Shown: positions 37,761 through 48,590, numbered from the whole stretch's first letter. The stretch: 61,914 bases of DNA, filler included, from Basidiobolus ranarum (GCA_040143965.1; 22 parts of 22 records of this genome joined end to end with filler, not necessarily neighbours in it), one strand, 5' to 3'. Notes: generated by a model from the sequence alone, not told the origin. Numbers and translations are program-made.

Positions 37761-38359
37761 GTATTGTAATACTTTACCAATTTCAAAAACAATCCTGAAG
37801 TTGCAATATGAACCTTTATTACCTTTCAGTTCAGACAAGATGAATATCTTGATTTTAAAGGAAGGCAAGTGTTTTCGGAAGAAGTTTTCTGGAGCCCAAA
37901 AGGAGGATCAGATATATATATGAAAGCTTAATCACTTTCCATTAAACAGATTATGTTCACTAGTCAGAGATAGCTTAGGAGTAAAGAATCAGTGATCTAT
38001 TCAAACTACATCAGCCTTTGCCTAGAAATTTTGTTTACATGAGCAGGATTTCAAAATTAAGGCATGTGCAAATACTCAGCTCTTCTCATTTGCTAGATCC
38101 AAAGATGTTGCCAATCTAAACAGCTGTTAGTTAGCTGTTTTCTTTAATCTTAGGTCAGAGATATTACTTGCTTTGAGTTTGATTCTAACTTGCCCAATCA
38201 ATGTCCAATCTGAGTGATTCTGGCTTCTTAGGAAAGCTGTGGCTTAGTTGTTTTCAAATTTTGTACTTCCATGCTTGCTGGGATAGTAACAGTGCTGATC
38301 TTATTGATTGAAAAACTTTGTTTCTCTGGTTGAAACTAGTTAAACAGCATCTCATTACT

Positions 38360-39414
38360 TAGTAGTTAGTTTGTCGCAGATCACGGAAAACAAATATTTG
38401 CCAAAAGCAAAAATTGAGATAAGTAAATCAAGTAACCACTAATGAGGATCATCTAGTTATGTTAGCCCTATTAGTAGCCACTAAGAAAGACTCAGAAACA
38501 TGGTACATTGCTTAAGATGCTTCCTAGCATATGTCAAACAAGAAAGATTAGTTTTCCAGCTTAAAGCCCATCCAAACAAGGTCAGTCCACTTAGGCGCTG
38601 ACTATGCACTGGATGCAATTAGTAAGGGCACAGATATGTTCCACTTAGACCAATATTTAGCATAAAATATAGCCATAAATCAACTCTCAGCAAGCCAAGC
38701 AAAAGCTCAGGGACTAGTTTTTGTGTTCAGCAATGCTGAATACTTTATCACATAGCATAATAATAACAAATTAGCTACAAGGATGACAATTCAAAACTGT
38801 GACAAGCTGCAAATCAACAAATTTCATTGGAGGTATGCAAACCTGGCTAAAACCTGTAAAACACGCTGTTGAATGTGGTTTGGAAGATTAGGCCACATTG
38901 GGGGAAAAAACTGACCCAAATGGTCCAAAATCAGCTTGTTTCAGGCTTAGACATTGATTTATCACCAATTTGGATCTGTGTGAAGGTTACATATATGGCA
39001 GAAATCCCACAAAATTGTTTTCAAGCTCCAGAGAGATCAAATCCACCAAGAAATTTGCCCTGATTCACACTGACCTATGTGGGCTCATGAAAAAAGCCTC
39101 ACTAGGTGTTAAAAGATACATAGAGACCTTTGTTGATGACAAAACAAGATCTTTATGTATGATTTTCTCAAATTGGATCCTGAAGCCATAACTAGATTTA
39201 AGAACTATAAAACAATGGTAGAGAAAGAATCAGCACAAAAAATAAGGGTACTAAGGAGTGAAAATGGTGGAGAATACTGTTCAAATGATTTTGCTAGTTT
39301 TTGTTCTAAACTTGGAATTAAGTGATAGACTGCTGTGCCTTGCTATCCACAGCAAGACAGAGTTGCAGAATGTGTTAATTTGACCATAGTGGAGATGGCA
39401 AGATTGTTTTTTAT
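38360..39414 (+). mobile_element. Copia protease/integrase remnant
   Basis: SETWYI...AS.HM, RLGH, CEGYIYG, LIHTDLCG, TFVDDKTR, LRSENGGEYCS, PQQD.VAE. Confidence 0.88.
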
Positions 39415-39514
39415 NNNNNNNNNNNNNNNNNNNNNNNNNNNNNNNNNNNNNNNNNNNNTTAATTAATTAANNNNNNNNNNNNNNNNNNNNNNNNNNNNNN
39501 NNNNNNNNNNNNNN

Positions 39515-41140
39515 ATTATCGATAATAAAGGTATGATTTATGTCGGCAACGAATTTTTTGAGAAGGGATATTTTGTGGGGGGATAATAGGATATGTTGTA
39601 GAGAAGATTTTTTGCGAGGAGGGGGGTTGGAAGTTTCGTCAGACGAAAAAGATTTAGGATTGGGAGTTTCATCAAACGAAAAAATTTTGGGATTGGAAGT
39701 TTCATCAAACGAAAAAGTTTTAGAATCGGAAGGTTCATCAAGTGACAAAGATTGTAAATTAAGAATGGCATCAGATGAAAAAGATTTAGAATTGGAAGTT
39801 TCATCAAGTGAAGAAAAGGTTGGGATAAGAAGATTGCATAGATCTAATATAGCTACGTAAGAAGTATACAGACGAACGAGTTCGTGCAAAGTTAAAACTT
39901 CTAAAAGGAGTCTGCGGTGGAGTCGTTCTAAGTCGGCGATATTGGCTAAAAGGCGTTCGAAGGTTTTAACAGAGGAGTCGAAAAGGGAACCGAATTCATC
40001 TAATTGGCGAAAGCGGTGTTCTAATTTATGAGGATTGGTGATGGGGGAGAGCAATCGTTTCTTAAGGAGTCGTTTACCCATTTTGGTGGAACAAAGATCT
40101 ATAATGTCGAGTAAACATTGGGTTGGATTGGATTTAAAAGTTTTGTTGGCAGATCTGGGTTTGGAGAAATGGACGAGATCTAGTTGGTCTATGGTATTGG
40201 TAGCTAAGATGAGGTGATCAGAGGGGAGGAAGATTTCTGGGCGAGATATTTTGCGGACAAGCATGGGATTGTGGAGATAAAGGAATTCTATAAGAAGGAC
40301 GTAACTGGTGAGGGAATAAGGTTGGCGTTCAAGATCTAAGAGTTCTATATTGGAGAGCATGGTTTTGTTGGGGAAGATGTTGCCTAAGATTTCGTTCTGG
40401 TAGTTGAGTTGGAGAGCTTTAGGGGTAGCGTCTATGTAATGGGAGAGGATATCATTGGAATATAATTCTAAGTAGGAGATAAGATCCATAGATTTGAGAA
40501 GATCCAAGGATTTGGGGGCAGAACAGAAGACGACTTCACGTGGGTGATATTGCTTGAGGAAGGAGAGGATATGATCGAGAGATAGGCGATTATCTTCAGG
40601 GGTAGAGTAAGATTCGAAGACAACATTTTTGCCGGTGACGACATCGATGGCACTAATACCGATGTGGAGATAGGAGTTGTCGGTATCAGAGAGGGATTTT
40701 TTATTGGTGTCAAAGAATAGGAGGGCGAGATAATTTCGGGAGACGAGGGGTTCTTCAAGGTCGACATAGGTGGAGGGGCTGATAATATTGGAGACTTCAC
40801 GGGTAATATTGGGAGGGGTACCTTTTTGGTCGATGATGACGAGGGTATAGTTGTGTTCGAGTAGGAAGGGGATGTATTTTTTAAGGGCGACACAGGGGAA
40901 ACCGACGAGCAAGGGGTTAGTACGATTATTCGAGGAAATTTTTTTATTTTTTTTGGTGAGGACAATGTTTAGGATGTCGGAGATATCGGCTGGGTTGCCA
41001 ATTTTTTCGGTATTATTGTCGACGCCGTAAATTTCGTAGAAGCTGCCGACTTGGATAAGAACAACGAGTTGTTTGCCATATTGTTGTTCATAGATTTTAA
41101 TAAAATTAAAATAGTCGTTGACAACGGATTCTTTACTCAT
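39515..41140 (-). CDS. mutS: MutS7-type DNA mismatch repair protein (giant-virus/NCLDV-like), domains I-III, 3' truncated by the contig end
   Basis: ATG at 41140 (the ORF track starts at an upstream TTG). Intronless open frame. Domain I: LIQVGSFYEIYG (Phe-X-Glu kept), LNIVLTKKNK, PLLVGFP, REVSNIISPST. Connector: IGISAIDVVTG..PREVV. Core: CSTKMGKRLLKKRLLSP, IADLERLHRRL. The LNIxLTKKNK...GFP pattern is what I recognise from MutS7 rather than eukaryotic MSH1-6. ATPase and HNH domains are not in the contig. Confidence 0.9.
39617..39814 (-). repeat. Coding minisatellite, six 33-bp (11-aa) units inside MutS
   Basis: SSLDETSNSKS / FSSDAILNLQS / LSLDEPSDSKT / FSFDETSNPKI / FSFDETPNPKS / FSSDETSNPPP. 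Confidence 0.9.
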
Positions 41141-41365
41141 GTTCAATATATAAGGGCGAGGATTGGTAGAGAACCAATTTAATCTGGATGGGAGGGGGAG
41201 AGGTTTAAGAATGCAGGGGATATGTTGTGGGTAAATGGGGGTGGAATGATTAAGTTTTAAAAAGTTTGGGTGTAGGGTTGTTGCGGATGGGGTGTGTAGG
41301 GAGGGGTGATACGATGGGGAGGTAAGAGGAGCGAATTTGTATTGGTTTGGGGAAATGATAAAGTA

Positions 41366-42076
41366 TTACGGGGGAGTATTTGGGCGAGTTTCACATTCAA
41401 GTACGAATTTGGCACTATAAGAGAAGACTTCTAGGCAGGTACAGACTTTATGTTTGACGCCAATAGATCGGAGGGTGGGTGCATTTTCGCGTGAGACATA
41501 AGCGACGTGGTTGTTATCGACTAGGACTTGGATTGCGTTAGGGTCATGAGGGTTATTATTTTCTTCTAGGAGTGTAATTTTATCGCCGACAGAAAAGGAG
41601 TGGTTGCCACGGTATTTCATGCCGACAACGATAAATGTATATTTGTCGGAGTTAAGTTTGGAATTTCTGAGGTTAATTATTTGACCACTATTATCGACGA
41701 TATTTTGCGAGATAAGTGTTTGGAAAGATTTCCAATAAGATTTGGGATCAAACGTTGTCATGTTGTCGAGACAGGTGTTATAGTCAGTGAACCATTTGCT
41801 AGTATAGGAGGTGGGATTGTCGGAGTTGTTGTTTAGGACTTGAATTATAAATTTGTATATAGTGCCATCTACGTATTTGGGATCAAAGTCTAGGTTGTTA
41901 TTTATAAGGAAATTAATGTCGTTGGGGCTTAGTATTTTACTTTCGGAGTGGTTAACAAGACCAACGACAAGATTGGAATCGTTGTTTTTGAGGACGTGCC
42001 AACCGTTTAGGACTAAGTTTGTACAATAGGAATAGTCTTTAGAGTTGGGATGAGGTTTCCATTTTTTGGCAAGCAT
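41366..42076 (-). CDS. HIRAN-domain protein (C-terminal HIRAN, unknown N-terminus), virus-like, 236 aa
   Basis: FIVVGMKYRG....GDKITLLEENNNPHDPNAIQVLV....VAYVSRE is the HIRAN pattern (NxxDxNAIxV, G/AYV). Intronless, complete ATG to TAA, co-oriented with MutS and 225 bp from it. Confidence 0.85.
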   Translation of the reverse strand: MLAKKWKPHPNSKDYSYCTNLVLNGWHVLKNNDSNLVVGLVNHSESKILSPNDINFLINNNLDFDPKYVDGTIYKFIIQVLNNNSDNPTSYTSKWFTDYNTCLDNMTTFDPKSYWKSFQTLISQNIVDNSGQIINLRNSKLNSDKYTFIVVGMKYRGNHSFSVGDKITLLEENNNPHDPNAIQVLVDNNHVAYVSRENAPTLRSIGVKHKVCTCLEVFSYSAKFVLECETRPNTPP

Positions 42077-42330
42077 AATAAAATAATATTATTTCGAATA
42101 AATAGGGGGGTGAAATTAGGATGAATCAAAACTTTATTGGTTGCGAAGGTTTAGGGGGGGGTGATGTACAAAAGGATGGTATTGTGAGGGAAATATTTAA
42201 AAATGGTTGTAGATAAGATTTAAAGTAAGANNNNNNNNNNNNNNNNNNNNNNNNNNNNNNNNNNNNNNNNNNNNTTAATTAATTAANNNNNNNNNNNNNN
42301 NNNNNNNNNNNNNNNNNNNNNNNNNNNNNN

Positions 42331-43040
42331 TTATTGAATTGAATATGTCCTATTTATAGCTTACTATGAAATAGGACTATTAGCTATGCTTAGATCATAA
42401 CAAATGCACCTGTTAAGCTTGGGTGACAATTTGCAAAGATGTGTAGAGGTTCTGAGAAAATAGTGAAAATTGGTTAAAGTGATCTAATTTTATTTCTATC
42501 AATTAGGGTAATAAACACTTGTTTTTGAATGGCAGAATTGAGAGCTAAATAATTGGAATATGAATAAGCTAACTGCAAAGTAAACAATTGCTATTTACCT
42601 AGTTTCACCATTCCTACCTAGCTAATTATATTGTATACCTCTTAAACCTAACTAATATCTTAATACTTCAAGTTGAGCTTTAGCTACAGGTTGGGGTAGA
42701 TGTCAGCAATCATTTCTTCAGTAGGGCAATAGACAAGTTCAATTTTATCACTCATTATTGCTTCTCTAACAAAATGATGTCTAATATGTATATGTTTTGG
42801 TCTAGCATGGAATATCGGGTTTTTAGCTTATGAAATACAACTTTGATGATTTTCACATACCATAATAGCATGTTTTGCACATGTCCTAAGTTTGTAAATT
42901 ACTTCCTTAGCCACATTGCTTTTTGCGTAATAGTAGAGGCAGCCATATACTCTGCTTCTGCATTGGAAAGTGCTATGGTTGGTTGCTTCTTAATATTCCA
43001 AGTTATGGCTCCATTAGCATGGAGAGAAGTGTACCTAGTT
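42331..43040 (-). mobile_element. Copia family A RNase H plus partial 3' LTR
   Basis: Reverse homolog of 22650-23360. Confidence 0.85.
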
Positions 43041-43425
43041 GTTGATATTCTACCACTAGACTTACTGGCTGAGCCAAACTTGCAGTCCCACCTGCATTAT
43101 TTAGCTCATACAACTGTAGTCACTTGGTGGTTTCTTCACTTTCACCAGTGACACCAAAACATTGCTGTAAAGCACAGCCAATGGACTCAGTGGGCAAAGC
43201 TATAGTGATTTCTGCACACTTATTACCACCATTGCTCACCTGGTTTTGGGTAGCTGGTGGCTTTGTATCGAGACCATGCTTATGATATTTGTTTCATAAG
43301 GCCTCTGGCTTTGATAGCACAAGAATTTGTGACAGTAATTGCAAGGCTTCTTCGAATATTTGTGCTGCAGCATGTGAATGATCATGCGGTAGAAAAACAA
43401 CACCAACTGAGTGGGTATCATATAT

Positions 43426-44653
43426 TGTTATGATTTTCTAAACATAAGAGCCTAAGTATTAATTAAGTTATGCAATATTCAGTCTTATCAGTGTATTGAT
43501 ACTAATGGTATATTGCTATTACCCCCAAATCAATATTATCAGTATCATCAGTTATCAGCTATCTGGAGATCAATCAGTTTTAGTCAGTAATCATAGGATG
43601 TTCCGGTAGTTTGCCATAATAGGTCTCAGCATAGTCTCTTGATCATATTCTATGGAAGGCCACATGAATATATCCCTTTTCTTTTGCTAGATCACATGAG
43701 CATATTGACTGTGCCACCCTAACATTCATCAGCTGATTGCTGTGCTGGCCCAGGTTGCCTTATCCAATTACTTCATTATCCAATCAAGATGTAGCCATAT
43801 CCGGATAAATTTAGTTAGAGTAGTGATAAGCGTATGAGTTGTTCATATCTGAGCTACCAGCTTAAGTCTAAATAAAGGAATATCTCCCTCAACAAGCTTC
43901 AGACCAGGTTTAGTGAATTCAATACTAGCTTATGTAACCCCCTATAATACTTAGCTACTTCAAAATTATGACATTTGTAGCAGCCACAATCTATCTGCCA
44001 CCCTGAAATAAAACCTTGCCATGCCAGAAACACCTATATGGCAATCTGTTTTAGAAAAGATTGTGACACAGCAGTCTCAACTTACGCAGATTTTGAGCCA
44101 GCCACAGTATAGAATAGCTAAAGCTAACAAGAACTTACCAGGCCCAAACATATCAGCCAATACTCTGAGCATCAAAATAGACCAGCACCATGGTAAAGTT
44201 GATAAGAATTTTGAAACTTAGATCTTTCAGCTAGAAGAAGCCTTTGAAGCCAGAGGAGCTCAAGATGCTCCCAACCTACACCATGCAGCTGCCTATTTGA
44301 TCAATGCAGCCATTCAGTGGTATCATAACAGAGCTACAGCAGCATCCACAGGAAAGTTATCACTGTTTACTACTTGGGAACAGTTTATTGTGGAGATTCA
44401 AGATGCCTTTGAACTACAACATCAGTTGAAACAACTTGAAAGAAAATCAGCGCAGTTGAAGCAAGCATAGACTGTACAAGAGTATATCTACAGGTTCTCA
44501 AGCTCACTGGGTTAGTTCCACTATACATATCAGCATGACCAAGTGCAACACTTTGTCAAGGGATTAAACAGAACAACTAAGATGAAAGTATACTATCAAG
44601 CCACAGACACTGTAGAACAGGCAATCAAGATTTCAATCACCTATGATAGCATC
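43426..44653 (+). mobile_element. Ty3/Gypsy 5' end: putative LTR (43426-43973), degenerate PBS, gag with stops
   Basis: TGTTATG...TATGACA, then TTTGTAGCAGCC (TGGTAGCAG-like). gag reads FET*IFQLEEAF...AAAYL..AAIQWY...TWEQFI.EI..AF...LKQA*TVQEYI.RF...HFVKGL. Cut by LTR-A. Confidence 0.75.
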
Positions 44654-45044
44654 TGTTGAAATAGGTAGATAGCAACTTGATATTTAGTAGTTGGTTTATT
44701 CATATTCTGATTATTTAGCACTCAATTCTGTCATTCAAAAACGTGTGTTATTGCTTTAATTGATCAAAATATCAATTAGTTCACTTTTACCAATTTTCAT
44801 TATTTTCTCAAAACTTCTCCTTATCACCTCAAATTTTCACCCATGCTTGACAGGCATGTTTGTTATGATCTGAGCATGTCCAATAGCCTATTTCATAGTA
44901 AACTAGTAATAGGACATATTTAATTCAATAAAACTTAAGTGTCTAATTCACAAATCCAAATCTTGTCCAAAACACTTCCAAATCCCCTAAACACTGTTAT
45001 CAGGTTATGAGCCCCAAGCTAGCTGTTAAAGGAATGTCTACCAG
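44654..45044 (+). mobile_element. Copia family A 5' LTR (44654-45002), PBS and gag start, nested in Gypsy gag
   Basis: TGTTGAAAT...TGTTATCA is immediately followed by GGTTATGAGCCCCAAGCT. Confidence 0.9.
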
Positions 45045-45623
45045 NNNNNNNNNNNNNNNNNNNNNNNNNNNNNNNNNNNNNNNNNNNNTTAATTAATTAA
45101 NNNNNNNNNNNNNNNNNNNNNNNNNNNNNNNNNNNNNNNNNNNNATTTATACATTTTGGTGGAAATACAGAAAACTAACACTGGGGTTGTGTTCAGAACA
45201 TCTGTGGGAGTAAAATGAGCTATATTTGGGGCAATTTGGACAAGTTTGAAATTTCTAATAAGGAATTGCTAATTCTCACATTATTCACATATGTATATAA
45301 TATATGTTCCGATTTTCAGCTAAGTGATATTTGACTAAGTAAAGTTAACTAACTCATATATGATATATGAAATAATTAGGTGTATAAAGATAGAGATAAT
45401 AAATATGATAAAGACAATAAACTTCAACAATTTCATGTGGCTTATCCTGGGTTTTTGCAAGTAAATGGCAATTTGGCTAGTATAGGCCTGTTCATGAAAC
45501 ATCTCAAAAATGTATGCAATTATTGACTTGTAAAAGAAAGAAAAGCAGCTAAAGAAGTACTGCAGGAGCAGGAAGTTACTAAACCCAAGGGAAAAGCAAA
45601 GGAGCCAGTGATTTTAGGCCCTA

Positions 45624-46268
45624 TTGCCCCACTTACCAAGTTCTTCACACCATTACAAAGATCTGCAATTCCAGATTCAAAATATATTAGAAACAAAGCT
45701 TAATTTCACCATGGAACTGGGTACACCAGTTGGAAGAGTGCTAAATTTGGAAGTTTATCCAACACCTGGCATCTCTCAACAAGCTAAAACACCAGCAAAT
45801 ACAACTAATGGCTCTCCAACCTCAACTGGTACTTTTCATAGTGTTGAAATTAGCCCCAAAGGTAAAGGCAAGCAAAAAGCCACACAAACATCACAAAGCA
45901 CCCTCAGTAGTGTCACACTACAAGGACATACAAAAATAGTAAAAGTTCTTGAGGAGTATTTTCAAAAGTATGAAGGGAAAAACATGGTGCAAGTATGCAG
46001 AAAGTGGCTTCAGAAGAAGAACATTCAACTTGACATTCAGTCTGGTGTTGACTATGCAGATATCAGGGAAGAACTTAATACAGAGTGGCATAATATCATA
46101 GGGTATCTGCCAGATAGCTGGAAGAATGTTGATTCAGCAATGTTAATACAATGGTGGGCTTTGATGGAGATATTGATACAAACTTGTGTTGGGTATGAGC
46201 TAAACCTTGGGTATGAAGAACTCTATAAAAATATTCAGGAGAATATATCAAAGAGACTAGGAATTTGA
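45624..46268 (+). CDS. Orphan ORF of a multicopy unclassified element (first ATG 45711); element terminus at 46534
   Basis: Longest open copy. S/T/K-rich disordered N-half, then a helical-looking Trp-rich domain (KVLEEYFQKYEGK..VCRKWL...EWHNI.GYLPDSWKNVDS..LIQWWALME). Further copies at 21696, 48590, 48960, 49793 and 50772. CpG-depleted, so probably not expressed. Confidence 0.55.
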   Translation: MPHLPSSSHHYKDLQFQIQNILETKLNFTMELGTPVGRVLNLEVYPTPGISQQAKTPANTTNGSPTSTGTFHSVEISPKGKGKQKATQTSQSTLSSVTLQGHTKIVKVLEEYFQKYEGKNMVQVCRKWLQKKNIQLDIQSGVDYADIREELNTEWHNIIGYLPDSWKNVDSAMLIQWWALMEILIQTCVGYELNLGYEELYKNIQENISKRLGI

Positions 46269-46534
46269 AGGTGACCAATTAGTGTTCAAGTGGTAATTGT
46301 GTAAAGTTTGAGTTATGTTTTTTGCACATGTGTTGATCCATAGTTCTCTGAGATTGTAGCTAATCATGTGCAACTATTTTGCAAGATCTTGAAATTTTAC
46401 TCCTGAAACTGAAAAAATTGATTAAAATCAAATCTAACTTGACAATTTTATGATGGTAAGTAAACAAGCAATCCCAAATGTATTAAAATTGTGATGGTTT
46501 TCCTACAATAACAATCCTCAAATTTCTGTTAGGG

Positions 46535-46955
46535 TATAGTTCACTAAGATAATATCCATTATTCTTAATTGGAATTTATTTACAATATAGACACCTATTT
46601 TGAAGTTCTCAGATCTATAGATTTTTCAAACTTGAGCTAGAAGCCCCAAACTATGCACACCTATTTCTGGGACCTTCCTTAGCACATTCTACTTGTTTGT
46701 TTGTTTACATCCTGACAAAACTATAAGTGTCAACTCATTAAGTGAAAACCACCAATTTCTCTGATTCACCAAATCACTTCCAACAGGCTCCCTAATGCTT
46801 TAACAAAAACTATCTTTAAGCTAATTTCTTATGAGAATTATGGATAATATTATAGTGAAATAAAAGACAACTTAGTACTAAGCTATATATGACTATATAG
46901 GTGTTTAGGCAAAGCAATTTCAACAAATAGATGTATAGGCAATGTTGATTTCAAC
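46535..46955. mobile_element. Partial LTR-B pieces (+ 46535-46805; - about 46835-46955)
   Basis: Homology to 7374-7720. Confidence 0.7.
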
Positions 46956-47958
46956 ATATTCATACTTGGATTTTGATGTTTGAGACTTATGGCAAATGGC
47001 CAAGTCCAAGTTTTTTATTTAGGATTGGTATTTTCACACTTCTCCTTCACTTTCACTATTTAATCTTACTTGACTATATATCTTTAACCCTATACTCTTG
47101 ATTGGCATGCTTATTCAAAGCCTTTTATTAAACTTATTTCGCGAATATTCCACTCTTTGGTGCTTTTCGTTCCCCCCAACCCAACCCCTAAAATATTGTT
47201 ATCACCGTTATTGTAGATATTATTCTTATTATTTTTATTATTACTATTACTATTGTTACACGCTATAGCAACCCAAAATGCACATGTTTGCAAGAGCCCT
47301 TACCGCGATAGTATAAAGAGAAAGTACTGCTTTAAAAGTCACACTCAATGCATTGGTTGCTTAAAAGCAGTATTTACTTTAAATATTATGTCATACGAAT
47401 TGTCTATTAGAAACATCTAATATTCTTAGTATTTGATTATTTGGTAGCTGTCTTTCAAATATTTAGCAACTGTGCAAGATTTGATTAATGTTAACAAACA
47501 CGATTTATATGAAACACATAATGACAATAGCTAAAGCCATCATGTAAAATTTGAATAATTTGTAAGAATGCATTTAGAAGTATAGCGAAAAGTATATAGT
47601 TTTCGTGGCAGTTTCAAATGTATGTGATAGCGGCAATATCTGGCATGTATTTTCCAGAGTAAGGCATCAATTAATCCGCAGATACCCCTGCCTCACTTCG
47701 CAATTTGTGGTATTGTATTCGGAATGGAAGTTTGATGACCCACAGTTGTATATGACCAATTGAAGAGTAAGCAATAATTTTTTTAAAATCTACTTGTCTT
47801 AAAGTTGCCAATGAAGAATAAACTATTGATATTACACTTATTGAATATACTAAAGGAGNNNNNNNNNNNNNNNNNNNNNNNNNNNNNNNNNNNNNNNNNN
47901 NNTTAATTAATTAANNNNNNNNNNNNNNNNNNNNNNNNNNNNNNNNNNNNNNNNNNNN

Positions 47959-48590
47959 ATTTGCTAATATTTGGATCTGTGATCATGCATCCAGCCATGT
48001 AGAACATGAAATATAGTCCATGAGTTGTTGCTTGGCATACTGAGAGTAGATTCTTGGCTATATTTGGTACAGAGAGTACATCATCCAGTTTTGCAGATGG
48101 TGTGGCTGAATCTCAGACTCAATTGAGTACAACTGTGCCCTTACCAAGAGCATCTAGTGCATAGTTATTACCTAAGTTGGCTTTCATTGATTGGATTGGA
48201 TTTAAGCTAGAAAACCAATCTTCCTTGTTTTACATATGCAGGTAAGCTCCTGTCTCATTGTACCAAGTTTCTGAGTCTTCTTTAGCAGTCACTGATAGGG
48301 CAGACACAAATAGATGATCCCTATCTGTGCTTACTTGATTTGCTTGCTCAGATTTTAGCTTTTTTGCAAAAATCTGTTTTCTGCAATCTTTGATAATATG
48401 ACCTGGTTTCTTGCAATACTTGTAAATGATTGATTTCCTATTAGGGGCACTATTATTGAAGCATCTGCACATTTTACAGCTCCAAAAAATGCCTGTTATG
48501 CATTATTTTGCTGAAAAATAGATCACCTTAATTCCTCATTCAAAAGCCTAGCACCAACATATTCCATTGCTAATGGCTCTGATATTGAAT
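47959..48590 (-). mobile_element. Copia family A gag zinc knuckle and protease remnant
   Basis: YKYCKKPGHIIKDC, HLFVSALSV...SETWY.ETGA..HM. Homologous to 60420-61060. Confidence 0.88.

Noticed and set aside
39617-39814. 33-bp repeat as a CRISPR array or intein
   Set aside because: Units are contiguous with no spacers and stay in frame. No intein splice-junction motifs (N-terminal C/S block, C-terminal HN).
39538-40965. Alternative-frame ORFs in MutS (39538-39807, 39540-39860, 40468-40965 S/P-rich)
   Set aside because: Explained by the 33-bp repeat and the C-rich third-position bias, which remove stops in shifted frames.
41362-41369. AGTATTAC shared at the stops of the HIRAN gene and the 1107-1424 ORF
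   Set aside because: The 1107 stop is not the natural end of MutS, and an AT-rich 8-mer match is plausibly chance.
47111-47293. Asn-rich 60-aa ORF
   Set aside because: Product of a degenerate (TTA)n microsatellite.
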